DNA of 44,793 bases from a phage. Location: sequence record PZ445535.1; one strand, given 5' to 3'. Below the pieces are notes generated by a model. That model searched no databases. It saw nothing but the letters and a program-made list of their open reading frames with translations, and was not told where the DNA came from. The position numbers and the translations under genes are program-made. Of this stretch, positions 16,672 through 26,176 are shown piece by piece. Every line of letters begins with the position of its first letter. The first letter of the stretch is position 1.

Positions 16672-19600
16672 CTATCGTCTACTCCGTAACGGGCCATAAG
16701 GGTGGAGGCGGGAAACAGCACACCCCGCAGGAGACGCCTGATAGCCTGCACTCGCTGGCTAAAATCCGCATTCTGCTCGCACTGGGTGAAGGGGAATTTG
16801 AAGGCATCCCTTCGACAGCCGAGCTACGCAAGCGCGTCTACCTGGACGGCACGCCGATCATGAACGAGGATAACTCGGAAAACTTCCCTGGCGCACGCGT
16901 TGAATTTCGCCCCGGAACACAGCACCAGGATGTGATTCACGGATTTTCAGCCGTGGAAAGCGAGTCATCCGTAAACGTCAAACTGGAACAGGGGACGCCG
17001 TGGGTCCGTCAAATCACCGACACCAGTCTTGACGCGGTGCGCATTCGCATCGGTATTCCTGCGTTGTACACCAACGAGGAAAACGGCGATCTGGTGGGTG
17101 GGCGCATCGACTATAAAATCGTGGTGTACACCGACAACGCTGATCCGCGGGAGTTTAACTTCGCTGCCGTTGGTAAAACAATGTCGCTGTATGAGCGCGA
17201 CCACCGCATTGAATTACCGCCGAACGTTAACACTAGCTGGCGCGTCGAAGTGCACCGCATTACGCCCGACTCCACCTCGGCGAAAGTGGTAAACGATATT
17301 CGCGTGCAGTCAATCACTGAGATTGTCGACGCCCGTTTGCGCTACCCGCTAACTGCGTTGCTATTCGTCGAGTTCGACGCGAAGGCTTTCCAGAATATCC
17401 CGCGCGTGTCTATCAAGTGCAAAGGCCGCAAAGTGCTGGTCCCTAACAACTACGACCCGATCGCGCATACCTATAGCGGCGACTGGGATGGTACCTTCAA
17501 GCGTGCATGGACGGATAACCCGGCGTGGCACTGGTACGATATTTGTATTACGGAACGTTTCGGACTCGGTCGTCGCATCAAGCCGCAAATGCTAAACCGC
17601 TATGCGCTTTACCAGATCGCCCAGCGCTGCGATCAGAAGGTTAGCGACGGCAACGGCGGACAGGAAATCCGGTTTAAGAACGACATGTACATCCAGTCGC
17701 AGACCGACGCATGGACCGTACTGAAAGACTTAGCCGCCATCTTCGCCGGTATGACCTGGTGGGGCAACCAAATGCTGAATATTGTCAGTGACCAGCCGGT
17801 CGCTGCGGTTTCGCACACCATTACTAATGCCTCCGTTATAGATGGGCGATTCGATTATGCGTCTGGCAGCCAGAAGACCCGCTATTCAACCTTTGCGGTG
17901 GCATACGGCAATCCGGCTAACCATTACGACGACGCAATCGCTACGGGCCAGCGTGTGGAACTGGTGCGCCGCCACAAGATTAACCGCCTTGATATTACGG
18001 CGATCGGCTGTACGCGTGAATCAGAAGCGCAACGCCGCGGGCACTGGGCGCTCATCTCAAACCAGCTTGATCAGCAGGTGAGCTTCAAAGTCGGCATGGA
18101 AGGTCTGTTCTTCATCCCCGGAAGCGTGGTAGCTATCGCAGACACCAATATTTCTGGCGGTTTCGAAATCCGCGGCGGGCGCTTACTGGAAGACCCCGGA
18201 ACGCGCACGGTGCTTAACACCGACGAGGAAATTACATTCCGACCAGGTGATAAATTCCTGGTACGCACTGCGAACGGTAGTGTCGAGACTCGCACAATCT
18301 CAAGCGTAAACGGCAACAAGGTTACGCTATCAAGCGCACTTGACGCGGACCCGATCCCGTTCCAGCCGTTTTGCGTTGACGGTGATGATATTCAGGTGCA
18401 GAAGTTCCGCATCACCGATCTGGAGTATGACGACGCGACCAGCACCTTCTCGGTGCGCGGGATTGAGTACAACGACAGCAAGTATGATGCCGTTGATAAT
18501 GGCGCTCGTCTTGACCCGGGCATCTTTACGCAAATGCCGGACGGCGTGCTGAAGGGGCCGGAATCCGTGACCATTACCCCGTCGCAGATTTCAAGCCAGG
18601 GCCAGTTAATCACCAACGTGGATATTGTTTTCCCGCCGGTGAAAGATGCCGTTGTCTATGAAATCCAGTGGCGAAGGACCAGCCTTCAGAATATGGCGGT
18701 GCAGTGGGGTAACGACTGGGTAAACCTGCCTCGCACGCCGTCAAACGGTGCGCACATCCCTAACGTGTTTTCCGGTAACTACCAGGCGCGCGTCCGGGCA
18801 ATCGGTATGGGTGAAATCTCATCCCCGTGGGTGGAATCTGTCATCACGCCGATTGAAGGTCGTCTCGGCGGTCTGAATGCGCCAATCATTACGGCAGCAG
18901 TGTCCGGTCTGCATCAGATCTTGTGGAAGTGGAATCACAACAACGCCGCTACGGATATTTCATACACGGAATTGCAGGTACGCAAGCCGGGTACTGAAGA
19001 ATGGCACTTCCTCACCAACGTGCCGTATCCGGGCGCGGACTATGCGCAGACGTCGCTTGAGTTCGGGGTCTATCAGCAGTTGCGCGCACGCGTGTCTGAT
19101 AAAATCGGCAACCTGTCAGACTGGTCAGCGCCGTTTGAAGGCCAGGTGAGCGATAAAGTCGACGACTACATGAAGGGACTCGACGACGAGTTTTTGACTT
19201 CGGAAGACGGTAAGCACTTCCAGGAGCAGATCGACACGTTCCCGCAAGGCATCTATGAGTCAATGCTCACTGACGCGCAGCAGTTGTTTAACGCCCGCGC
19301 CGAGTACAAAGGGATTTACGCCGAGATCAAGGTGGCTTATAACGTCGCTGCCGACGCACACCAGGCCGTCGCGCAACTGGAAACACTGGTAGGCACTCGT
19401 ATTGACGACGCGGAAGCGGCGATCCACACGCTACAGACTGCACAGAGCACGCACGAACAGGCGTTTGCCCAGTACCAGCAAACTGTGTCAGCGAAGTTTG
19501 GCGAGCAGGAATCGGCGATTCAGCAGGTTCAGACGGCAACGAGTGACGTAGCCAGCGCACTGGCGACCTATAAAACACAGGTAGCCGCGCAGTTCGGGCA

Positions 19601-20114
19601 GCAGTCAGCCGCGATCGAGCAGAAGATGACGTCCACGTTTAACCACTCCGGCGGTAGCGCAACGTACAGCCTGAAAGCTGGCGTGACGTACAACGGGACG
19701 TATTATGATGCGGGTATGCAGCTTTCGGTTGTTGCATCAGGCAACGCGGTTAAATCCCGCATCGCGTTCAAAGCGGACCAGTTCTACATTATGCACCCGT
19801 CGAACGGCACGCTATCCTCGGCGTTCATCGTAGATGGCGGGCAGGTGTACATCGACACGGCACGAATCAAGAATGCGTCCATTAACTTTGCGCAGATCAC
19901 GGACACATTACAGTCCAATAACTTCGCAGGAGGTAGCCGCGGGTGGCGAATCCTGAAGAACGGGCAGGCCGAGTTTAACGAGGTAACAGTCCGCGGCAAC
20001 CTGTTCGCTACCACCGGTAACTTCGGATTCTCGGGCGGGACCGTGACAATCGACAAGACGGGTGTTAACGTGCCGCTACCAGGCGGCGGGAGGGTGAAAG
20101 TCGGAACGTGGTAA
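16668..20114 (+). CDS. central tail fiber / host specificity protein J-like
   Basis: 1148 aa; N-terminus GHKGGGGKQHTPQETPDSL...EGEFEG...VYLDGTPI matches the lambda J pattern; intrinsic terminator downstream. Confidence 0.85.
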   Translation: MTIVYSVTGHKGGGGKQHTPQETPDSLHSLAKIRILLALGEGEFEGIPSTAELRKRVYLDGTPIMNEDNSENFPGARVEFRPGTQHQDVIHGFSAVESESSVNVKLEQGTPWVRQITDTSLDAVRIRIGIPALYTNEENGDLVGGRIDYKIVVYTDNADPREFNFAAVGKTMSLYERDHRIELPPNVNTSWRVEVHRITPDSTSAKVVNDIRVQSITEIVDARLRYPLTALLFVEFDAKAFQNIPRVSIKCKGRKVLVPNNYDPIAHTYSGDWDGTFKRAWTDNPAWHWYDICITERFGLGRRIKPQMLNRYALYQIAQRCDQKVSDGNGGQEIRFKNDMYIQSQTDAWTVLKDLAAIFAGMTWWGNQMLNIVSDQPVAAVSHTITNASVIDGRFDYASGSQKTRYSTFAVAYGNPANHYDDAIATGQRVELVRRHKINRLDITAIGCTRESEAQRRGHWALISNQLDQQVSFKVGMEGLFFIPGSVVAIADTNISGGFEIRGGRLLEDPGTRTVLNTDEEITFRPGDKFLVRTANGSVETRTISSVNGNKVTLSSALDADPIPFQPFCVDGDDIQVQKFRITDLEYDDATSTFSVRGIEYNDSKYDAVDNGARLDPGIFTQMPDGVLKGPESVTITPSQISSQGQLITNVDIVFPPVKDAVVYEIQWRRTSLQNMAVQWGNDWVNLPRTPSNGAHIPNVFSGNYQARVRAIGMGEISSPWVESVITPIEGRLGGLNAPIITAAVSGLHQILWKWNHNNAATDISYTELQVRKPGTEEWHFLTNVPYPGADYAQTSLEFGVYQQLRARVSDKIGNLSDWSAPFEGQVSDKVDDYMKGLDDEFLTSEDGKHFQEQIDTFPQGIYESMLTDAQQLFNARAEYKGIYAEIKVAYNVAADAHQAVAQLETLVGTRIDDAEAAIHTLQTAQSTHEQAFAQYQQTVSAKFGEQESAIQQVQTATSDVASALATYKTQVAAQFGQQSAAIEQKMTSTFNHSGGSATYSLKAGVTYNGTYYDAGMQLSVVASGNAVKSRIAFKADQFYIMHPSNGTLSSAFIVDGGQVYIDTARIKNASINFAQITDTLQSNNFAGGSRGWRILKNGQAEFNEVTVRGNLFATTGNFGFSGGTVTIDKTGVNVPLPGGGRVKVGTW

Positions 20115-20118
20115 ATGC

Positions 20119-20143
20119 GAAGGGGCCAAACGGCCCCTTTTTC
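20119..20143 (+). terminator. intrinsic terminator after J-like gene
   Basis: AAGGGGCC-AAAC-GGCCCCTT hairpin followed by TTTTT. Confidence 0.7.
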
Positions 20144-21107
20144 AATACATATTAGGAAGGACAATAAGCGGAGTAGGTACTGCTATGTTGCGGTTGGGTA
20201 TCAGGAATTGCCGCCGTGAGTAGTTACCGACGACGCGGCTTTTAGCGATACGCACTTTGTTACCCGCCATGCGTATACCGTTCATGCGTACGTGGTTGTA
20301 ACCGCCGTTATTCTCTATCAGCGTGCCGGTGTATGAAAGCTGGATCATACTGTTTCCAATATCCTGGTCCCCCGTGCCAATATTAATCACGCGATTAAAA
20401 ACGAATGGCTTCTTGACCGTGGAGAACGTGACCTGCCCCTGGTTGTTGGTCATCGTGATACCAGCCCCCGGCTGAGGCGGCGTATTGTTGAATATGGCGA
20501 GGTCTAAGTCAACGGCAGCCGCCACGTCGTCAATCCCGCCGTACGAGGCATTGCGGACAATGATATTGGTCCCGTCGAAGGCTACCGACACGTTGCCGTC
20601 GTCCCATCGCGCAAATGGGATGCCACCTACCGGTAATTTCATACTCCCGTTGACGCGAACGCGGCCCACATACTGGCAGGTCATCAGCTTTGCTACGTTA
20701 GATATGGCAGTGAAGTCGGTAGAGTTAGCTACCAGAAGCCCCGCATTGCGCGACCCCACCGGCAGCACTTCCATAATAGTCCCGGCCCATTGAGGCAGGC
20801 CGCTATACGCCCTGAACGCATCAGCGCCACGCAGCGTTACGCCGTTATTGCCGTTTCGCGACACAGACGTAACGTACATCGGATCAGGGATGACCAGAGT
20901 CTGGTCTAATACCTCCATCACTTCAACCGGTCGGGTAAGCACTACTACGACCTGCGATCCTGGCGTTAAGGGTGTATTGATTGTTAGCGTTTTGTCAGAC
21001 TGACAGCGCTGATTGAAGTTTGCACAAAAAGACGGGGCACGAAGCCCCGCGGTGATTTCCATTCTTGGCCTGCCATCGTTATATTCGATAAGAATGCCTG
21101 CACCCAT
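20142..21107 (-). CDS. putative receptor-binding / host-range protein
   Basis: 321 aa; Gly/Asn/Thr-rich, beta-type composition; RBS GGGAG 8 nt upstream; directly downstream of a lipoprotein gene on the same strand, inside the tail fiber region. Confidence 0.4.
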   Translation of the reverse strand: MGAGILIEYNDGRPRMEITAGLRAPSFCANFNQRCQSDKTLTINTPLTPGSQVVVVLTRPVEVMEVLDQTLVIPDPMYVTSVSRNGNNGVTLRGADAFRAYSGLPQWAGTIMEVLPVGSRNAGLLVANSTDFTAISNVAKLMTCQYVGRVRVNGSMKLPVGGIPFARWDDGNVSVAFDGTNIIVRNASYGGIDDVAAAVDLDLAIFNNTPPQPGAGITMTNNQGQVTFSTVKKPFVFNRVINIGTGDQDIGNSMIQLSYTGTLIENNGGYNHVRMNGIRMAGNKVRIAKSRVVGNYSRRQFLIPNRNIAVPTPLIVLPNMY

Positions 21108-21109
21108 AA

Positions 21110-21334
21110 TTACCACTCCCGTGATTTAACTGATACTGTACCTGAGAAGTTACCATCTGCATCGGCGGACAAGCCAGTGTAGCGCATGTCAATGTCTCCG
21201 GTCGCGACCTTTTGCCCATCTACATAACGCAACATGCAGCTTCCAGCGACGTAGGTTACGCAATCACCGTTATGGCGCTCAACCGCACAACCGGACAGCA
21301 TAGCAACGACTAAAATACTTAATAAAGTTTTCAT
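21110..21334 (-). CDS. lipoprotein, putative superinfection-exclusion (Llp/Cor-like)
   Basis: 74 aa; signal peptide MKTLLSILVVAMLSGC with lipobox; RBS AAGGAG 8 nt upstream; own promoter; next to putative RBP. Confidence 0.5.
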   Translation of the reverse strand: MKTLLSILVVAMLSGCAVERHNGDCVTYVAGSCMLRYVDGQKVATGDIDMRYTGLSADADGNFSGTVSVKSREW

Positions 21335-21363
21335 GGTATCATCTCCTTTGTTTTGACAACTTA

Positions 21364-21392
21364 AATATAGTGCAACCAATACGAGATTGCAA
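21364..21392 (-). promoter_or_regulatory. sigma70-like promoter for lipoprotein/RBP cassette (TTGCAA-N17-TATATT)
   Basis: Minus strand: attggTTGCAAtctcgtattggttgcacTATATT; tandem ATTGGTTGCA motifs. Confidence 0.45.
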
Positions 21393-21415
21393 CCAATTAA
21401 TAAGGAGTTTTCGCG

Positions 21416-23329
21416 ATGGCAGCGGGTATACTTAACGTAACAAACAATAGCAAGGCCGTAACGGGGTCGGGCACGACGTTTACGTCATTGAAAGCAGGCG
21501 ACTTTTTATCGCTGGTGGTGGGGCAAGTCCCATACACCGTAGCGATCGAATCAATCCAGAGTAACACGGCGCTTACGCTGGTGCTGCCGTTTGACGGTCC
21601 GACGTCTACCGGTCTGGCCTGGTCGTCGGTTGACCGCGATACTATGTCACTGGCTACTATGGGCGTAACCGTGCAGGCGCAGAAAGCGCTACGTCTTATG
21701 ATCGCGGACGAAAATAACTGGCGTGCAATCTTCGGTGACGCAGAGCAAATCAGCGTTACACTACCCAACGGCACCGTAATGCAAGGTATGTCGTGGGGCT
21801 ACTTGTCCAGTCTGCTTAATGACGTAGACCCCGTTGAAATGCGCAACCTGCAACAGCAGGCTGAGACTGCTAAAAACCAGGCGGTAACCGCGAAGGGGCA
21901 AGCAGAATCGGCACGCGATGCTGCTAACACCGCGAAGACTGGGGCGGAGAATGCCCGCAACCAGGCTAACAATGCTAAAACCGACGCGCAGACGGCAAAA
22001 AGGCAGGCCGAAGCCGCTCGCGATGCTGCTGTCACTGCGAAGACTGGGGCGGAGAATGCCCGCAACCAGGCGCAAGGCTACCGAGATGAGGCGGAAGGTT
22101 TTAAAAACCAGATTAACCCTGCACTATTCGTGCAGAAGTCGCAAAACCTTAATGACGTTGCCGATAAAGCAGAGGCGCGCGCTAACTTGCAAGTTTTCTT
22201 TGCATCAAACTCTAACCTGGGAACTACAGACCTCAATACGCTCGACAGCACGAAGGAAGGGCGTTATTACCAGACCACCTCGGTGAACGCGACACCCGAG
22301 CGTAACTACCCGTTTCAGGAAGCCGGTTGTCTTACCGTGTTTAAAACGGGAGGGGGTAGTGTGGAGGCTTGCATCCAGGAGTACACCACGTTTTCAAGCC
22401 TGCGTCGGTTCGTCCGTTCGCTCGCTGGGGCGGTATGGACGGCGTGGAAGGAGATCTACCTGCAAGGGTCGTCCCCGACATACGAAAATATCGACTCGAC
22501 AGGACGAGTTAGATCTGAAAAGGCATATCCAGCATTCGAGTGGGTGTCGACGAGAGTAGCCGACGATTTCATCGGTAAGCGAGTCAGCATTGAGAACGAC
22601 ACAGGCGTTAATATGAATATGTTCTTCATGCAGAAAGACACAACCGCAAACAGACGTGTCGTAGCGTTCGCAAGGCCAAACTCTACTGTTTTCCACTTCG
22701 TAGGGTATAACGGCGGGCTACCTACAGACGGCAACAGCGCCCCGTCGAATAACATTAACTTTAACACGCAACCGCAAGGATGGCGTATGGTGTCCGGCGG
22801 CTGGCAAAATGCACCGCTCGATGGGAACAACTACGGGACTTTATTCACGCAGTGTGTGCAAGGTGTGTCGCAGGGGGATTCGAAAGACAACGGTACATCT
22901 GGCTTGTGGTATTCACAGCGATATGTTAATACCGATTCTAGGGTGTTCATCCGAAATCAAACAAACAACGCAGCCTGGGGCAGGTGGTATGAATTTACTA
23001 AAACGGCAGTCTCGGATGAACGCCTGAAGAATGTAAAAGGGGATTTGAATGTTGAAGGTGCGCTCGATAACATCAACCGCATGGAATTTAAAATATTCTC
23101 GTTTAAGGATGAGAAGGCTGGGAAGGGGTATCGTCGCGGTGTTATCTCGCAGCAGATTCGCCAGATCGATAAAGAGTACACGAAGGAGATCGGCGGGTAC
23201 TATCACCTCGACCAGACACCAATGCTACTGGATGCCCTCGCGGCAATTAAGGCGTTGCGTGCGCGTGACGAGGCTAATAAAGCAGAGATTGCAGAACTGA
23301 AAGCAGCGATCGCTGAATTGAAGAAATAA
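21416..23329 (+). CDS. lateral tail fiber with C-terminal intramolecular chaperone (S74-like) domain
   Basis: 637 aa; Ala/Asn/Gln-rich coiled-coil repeats; C-terminal SDERLKN...coiled-coil tail typical of self-cleaving fiber chaperone domains; RBS AAGGAG; bidirectional terminator downstream. Confidence 0.75.
   Translation: MAAGILNVTNNSKAVTGSGTTFTSLKAGDFLSLVVGQVPYTVAIESIQSNTALTLVLPFDGPTSTGLAWSSVDRDTMSLATMGVTVQAQKALRLMIADENNWRAIFGDAEQISVTLPNGTVMQGMSWGYLSSLLNDVDPVEMRNLQQQAETAKNQAVTAKGQAESARDAANTAKTGAENARNQANNAKTDAQTAKRQAEAARDAAVTAKTGAENARNQAQGYRDEAEGFKNQINPALFVQKSQNLNDVADKAEARANLQVFFASNSNLGTTDLNTLDSTKEGRYYQTTSVNATPERNYPFQEAGCLTVFKTGGGSVEACIQEYTTFSSLRRFVRSLAGAVWTAWKEIYLQGSSPTYENIDSTGRVRSEKAYPAFEWVSTRVADDFIGKRVSIENDTGVNMNMFFMQKDTTANRRVVAFARPNSTVFHFVGYNGGLPTDGNSAPSNNINFNTQPQGWRMVSGGWQNAPLDGNNYGTLFTQCVQGVSQGDSKDNGTSGLWYSQRYVNTDSRVFIRNQTNNAAWGRWYEFTKTAVSDERLKNVKGDLNVEGALDNINRMEFKIFSFKDEKAGKGYRRGVISQQIRQIDKEYTKEIGGYYHLDQTPMLLDALAAIKALRARDEANKAEIAELKAAIAELKK
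21911..22071 (+). repeat. 105-bp in-frame tandem duplication inside tail fiber gene
   Basis: 56-nt blocks at 21911-21966 and 22016-22071 nearly identical (AGACTGGGGCGGAGAATGCCCGCAACCAGGC); encode repeated ARDAA-TAKTGAENARNQA. Confidence 0.7.
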
Positions 23330-23332
23330 AGA

Positions 23333-23356
23333 AAGGGGCCATTCGGCCCTTTTTTC
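23333..23356. terminator. bidirectional intrinsic terminator between tail fiber and minus-strand operon end
   Basis: GGGCC-ATTC-GGCCC hairpin followed by TTTTTT on plus strand and by TTTCTTTATTT on minus strand. Confidence 0.65.
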
Positions 23357-23930
23357 ATTGTGCAGATTCCCAGTCGAGTTTGCGTCGTATTGCCGGACTT
23401 TCGAAATACTCCTTGCCGTCTACTTCAACAATAGGCCAGTCATTCACAATGACGTACGGATCTGCGACCTCTTCGATTATGCCGGTGGCTTTATGTTGTC
23501 CAAACTCGACGAGCACCAGAATTACTCCGGCAACGCGGCGCTCCATGTACTCGTATGCGCAGCGCGCTTCAACCAGTCCGCGACGAATGCCGGTAGTGGC
23601 CTTCACCTCATACGACCAGACGGCATCGATAACCTGGTCTTTATAGTCTGGTCCTACTTTCACTTTGCGCTTACCCAGCATGACCACATCGCCGCGATTC
23701 ATGGTGTTACCGCTAAATAGTCCGGTGCGCTGGAGCAAGCCTTGCGGGATACAGCTACGACCTCCTGTTTGCCCTTCCAGATACATCCCTGCGAACATCT
23801 CGCCCAGTACGCCAACGAGACGGCTTTGCTTGCACGCGTCGGAACGGTTGCGCCAGTAGTCAAACTCAATGCTTGCAATCAACGATGCCAGATGAAATGC
23901 TTTGCCAGTTAATTCATATTCGCCGTACAT
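23355..23930 (-). CDS. hypothetical protein (possible PD-(D/E)xK-like)
   Basis: 191 aa; RBS AAGGAG; last gene of minus-strand operon; VIDAVWSYEVK resembles D...ExK but is unverified. Confidence 0.45.
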   Translation of the reverse strand: MYGEYELTGKAFHLASLIASIEFDYWRNRSDACKQSRLVGVLGEMFAGMYLEGQTGGRSCIPQGLLQRTGLFSGNTMNRGDVVMLGKRKVKVGPDYKDQVIDAVWSYEVKATTGIRRGLVEARCAYEYMERRVAGVILVLVEFGQHKATGIIEEVADPYVIVNDWPIVEVDGKEYFESPAIRRKLDWESAQ

Positions 23931-23974
23931 GATTAAACTCCTTCAGGTTGCGGGCCGAAGCCCGCTATTAATGA

Positions 23975-24508
23975 TTATTTAAGTGCGTTAGTCACCAGTG
24001 TTTTTTCCATCTTGCGGAAGTCGTCCAGGGTCATCCGGATTTTAGACCCATCTTCGCCGTGCAACGTAACCAGTGGTTTAGTTTTCACTAAAACACCCTC
24101 CGGCAGCTTCCACGCTTCGACAGTTTTCTTCACTGCATCCTGGAAAGCGGTTGCAGCGATCTTGCCATCCAGCTTAACCGCTACGCCCTTCAGGCTGTCA
24201 AACTGTGCTGCCGTTGTGTCGATCTGGACCTCGTCGTGCACGGTGGCGTATGACTCACCCAGTAGAGCGGCATACGCTACCAGGTCGACGATGTTGTCTT
24301 CCCGGTGCTTGCGGTGCTGGCGTACCAGCTTCAGGCAAATCAAGAAGGTCCAGGCTTCTTGCTCGGTAAGGTCGCGACCGGTAAGCGCGTTAAACACGGC
24401 GGCAATTTGTTTAGCGATGCGTTCTTCTTTCGCGTTGCCATAGCCGTTTTCTTTTCCGCGCTGTTCCATAGTGGTGGCGGCGTTTTTGCAGTATTCGAAT
24501 GCTTTCAT
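23975..24508 (-). CDS. hypothetical protein
   Basis: 177 aa from ATG 24508 (MKAFEYC...); RBS AGGAG 7 nt upstream; sigma70-like promoter and 5' stem-loop upstream. Confidence 0.5.
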   Translation of the reverse strand: MKAFEYCKNAATTMEQRGKENGYGNAKEERIAKQIAAVFNALTGRDLTEQEAWTFLICLKLVRQHRKHREDNIVDLVAYAALLGESYATVHDEVQIDTTAAQFDSLKGVAVKLDGKIAATAFQDAVKKTVEAWKLPEGVLVKTKPLVTLHGEDGSKIRMTLDDFRKMEKTLVTNALK

Positions 24509-24554
24509 GGTTTGTCTCCTTTGACGGGAGGCGGTATTGCCTCCCGATGTGGTT

Positions 24555-24583
24555 AATATAATTGGTTGCATTATTGGTTGCAA
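24555..24583 (-). promoter_or_regulatory. sigma70-like promoter (TTGCAA-N17-TATATT) with 5' stem-loop
   Basis: Minus strand: cacTTGCAAccaataatgcaaccaatTATATT; GC stem-loop CGGGAGG...CCTCCCG at 24525-24546 at predicted 5' end. Confidence 0.45.
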
Positions 24584-25041
24584 GTGAATTTTGCAAGATT
24601 CACTGAATAAATGTGCGGGACCAGTTCTTCGCACGCCCGTTTGATGGCGGCTATGTTCTTCGCGCAGTCGTCAATGATGACCAGTTCGTTAACTTCTGCG
24701 TAGCACACCAGGCCAAATACGGAACGAGCTTTATATTCCGGCGGCGGGGTGTCATCCAGCATGTGGCGCAAGAACAGACGGCCTTTCGGGAATCGGTCTA
24801 ATTGCTCTTTCGTTGTCTCCCAGCATTCAGACTGGCGGTTTGACAGGTACGCGATGTCGAAGCCCTGTTTAGCGTACATGCGCAATAACGGCAGCATGTC
24901 ATAATTAATGTCTTCGCGGACGTGGGCCTTATGCCACTTCGCCCAAAACGTTGATTTAGTCTTGATCCCCGGAACTAGGTCGTCGCGCACACTGCTTGAC
25001 CCGTTGATAACGCCATCTAAATCGCAAATCAGTAGTTTCAT
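24571..25041 (-). CDS. HAD-superfamily phosphatase-like protein
   Basis: 156 aa; HAD motif I DLDGV at residues 7-11, then YLSNR and K...IIDD motifs. Confidence 0.55.
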   Translation of the reverse strand: MKLLICDLDGVINGSSSVRDDLVPGIKTKSTFWAKWHKAHVREDINYDMLPLLRMYAKQGFDIAYLSNRQSECWETTKEQLDRFPKGRLFLRHMLDDTPPPEYKARSVFGLVCYAEVNELVIIDDCAKNIAAIKRACEELVPHIYSVNLAKFTCNQ

Positions 25042-25259
25042 TTTAATTCCGCCATTAAATTTTCACGTACAATACGGGCCGAGAATGCGTCGCACACAAG
25101 ATGGCAACGCGCCGTCATGACAAGCCAGCCAGTTAGGTCAAGGCCCAGCAATTGATGTGGTTGGCTTGCGCGCCTTACTTTATTTCCAGGGAAAACCTGG
25201 TAGCGTTTAATTATTTCATCCACGACGCGAGGACTTCGGTCGACGACTAAGATATTCAT
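25038..25259 (-). CDS. hypothetical protein
   Basis: 73 aa; RBS AAGGTG 7 nt upstream; ATGA overlap with downstream gene. Confidence 0.4.
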   Translation of the reverse strand: MNILVVDRSPRVVDEIIKRYQVFPGNKVRRASQPHQLLGLDLTGWLVMTARCHLVCDAFSARIVRENLMAELK

Positions 25260-25725
25260 TTAATTCACCTTCGCTCATTATTTCGATTTGTGCGCTGCCG
25301 TTTGGCGGCACTTCTTCAAAGATTATCAATTGCTGGCATTTGTTGTTACTCGGCCCGACCTTACCGGTGACGGCGTGTATAAACCGGATCCGCCAGTCCA
25401 GCAAAATAATCAGGTTGGCTGTTTGCCTTGCCAGTTTGGCCCACTTCGTGGTCGTATCCTGGTTGAGCAACATTACCGTTCTACGCCCCTGCGATGCGCA
25501 AGTCACCCACGGCAGCGGGTCGGAATACGGCGGATTGCACCACTTCCACCCGGTTAACTCTGACCAGTCAGCATCAAGTGCGCTGTGCTCTTTCGTGAAG
25601 TAGCGCGGTAATAGATGGTTGTGGTCGCTCGCCGCCATGTCGTAGCGGAATTTAAACGCCTTGCGCAGTGGCTTAAATAAAGCGGGCGGCGTTCGCCAGC
25701 TATCCTTCTGCTCATTCTCCGTCAT
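25216..25725 (-). CDS. DNA N6-adenine methyltransferase (phage Dam-like)
   Basis: 169 aa from ATG 25725; N-terminal WRTPPALF and catalytic NPPY motifs; start overlaps upstream gene by 14 nt (translational coupling). Confidence 0.6.
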   Translation of the reverse strand: MTENEQKDSWRTPPALFKPLRKAFKFRYDMAASDHNHLLPRYFTKEHSALDADWSELTGWKWCNPPYSDPLPWVTCASQGRRTVMLLNQDTTTKWAKLARQTANLIILLDWRIRFIHAVTGKVGPSNNKCQQLIIFEEVPPNGSAQIEIMSEGELNEYLSRRPKSSRRG

Positions 25726-26176
25726 GCTGCGGGTCCAGTGCGTAAAGTGGGATCTGTTTGGCGCTTTCCCACAGGCGTTTAATTCTTTCCTGCTCGCCTT
25801 TACCCATCTGGCGCATGTCCGTACTATAGTTGCCGTTGGTGGTGTCACGCCACGCGATCAGCACAAGGTCTTTACGGTCGATCTTCGTTGTGCGGCCTTT
25901 CGGACGGACGTATTCTTCAGCACGTTTGCAATGCTCGCGCAGGGCATCGGCGGTTAGCCGGGTGAGCGATACGGATGTTGTGTACCCGGTGCGCTGCATA
26001 ATGGTGATCAGTTCGCCCAGCAGTTCGAAGCGTTCCGCCAGTTCCTTGCGGGCCTTCTCTTCGGCTTCATAGCTTGCCAGGTAGGTATTTGCCAACGCGG
26101 TAGCGCCGTCCGCTTTCTCGCGGGCTTCAAGACACTGTGCTACCCAGTACGCTTTTTCTTCTTGTAAAATTTTCAT
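25712..26176 (-). CDS. hypothetical protein
   Basis: 154 aa; RBS GGAG 8 nt upstream; TAATG overlap with upstream gene. Confidence 0.5.
   Translation of the reverse strand: MKILQEEKAYWVAQCLEAREKADGATALANTYLASYEAEEKARKELAERFELLGELITIMQRTGYTTSVSLTRLTADALREHCKRAEEYVRPKGRTTKIDRKDLVLIAWRDTTNGNYSTDMRQMGKGEQERIKRLWESAKQIPLYALDPQHDGE

Noticed and set aside
23950-23965. GCGGGC-CGAA-GCCCGC hairpin as a terminator
   Set aside because: No U-run follows on either strand; kept only as an intergenic stem-loop (possible RNA processing site).
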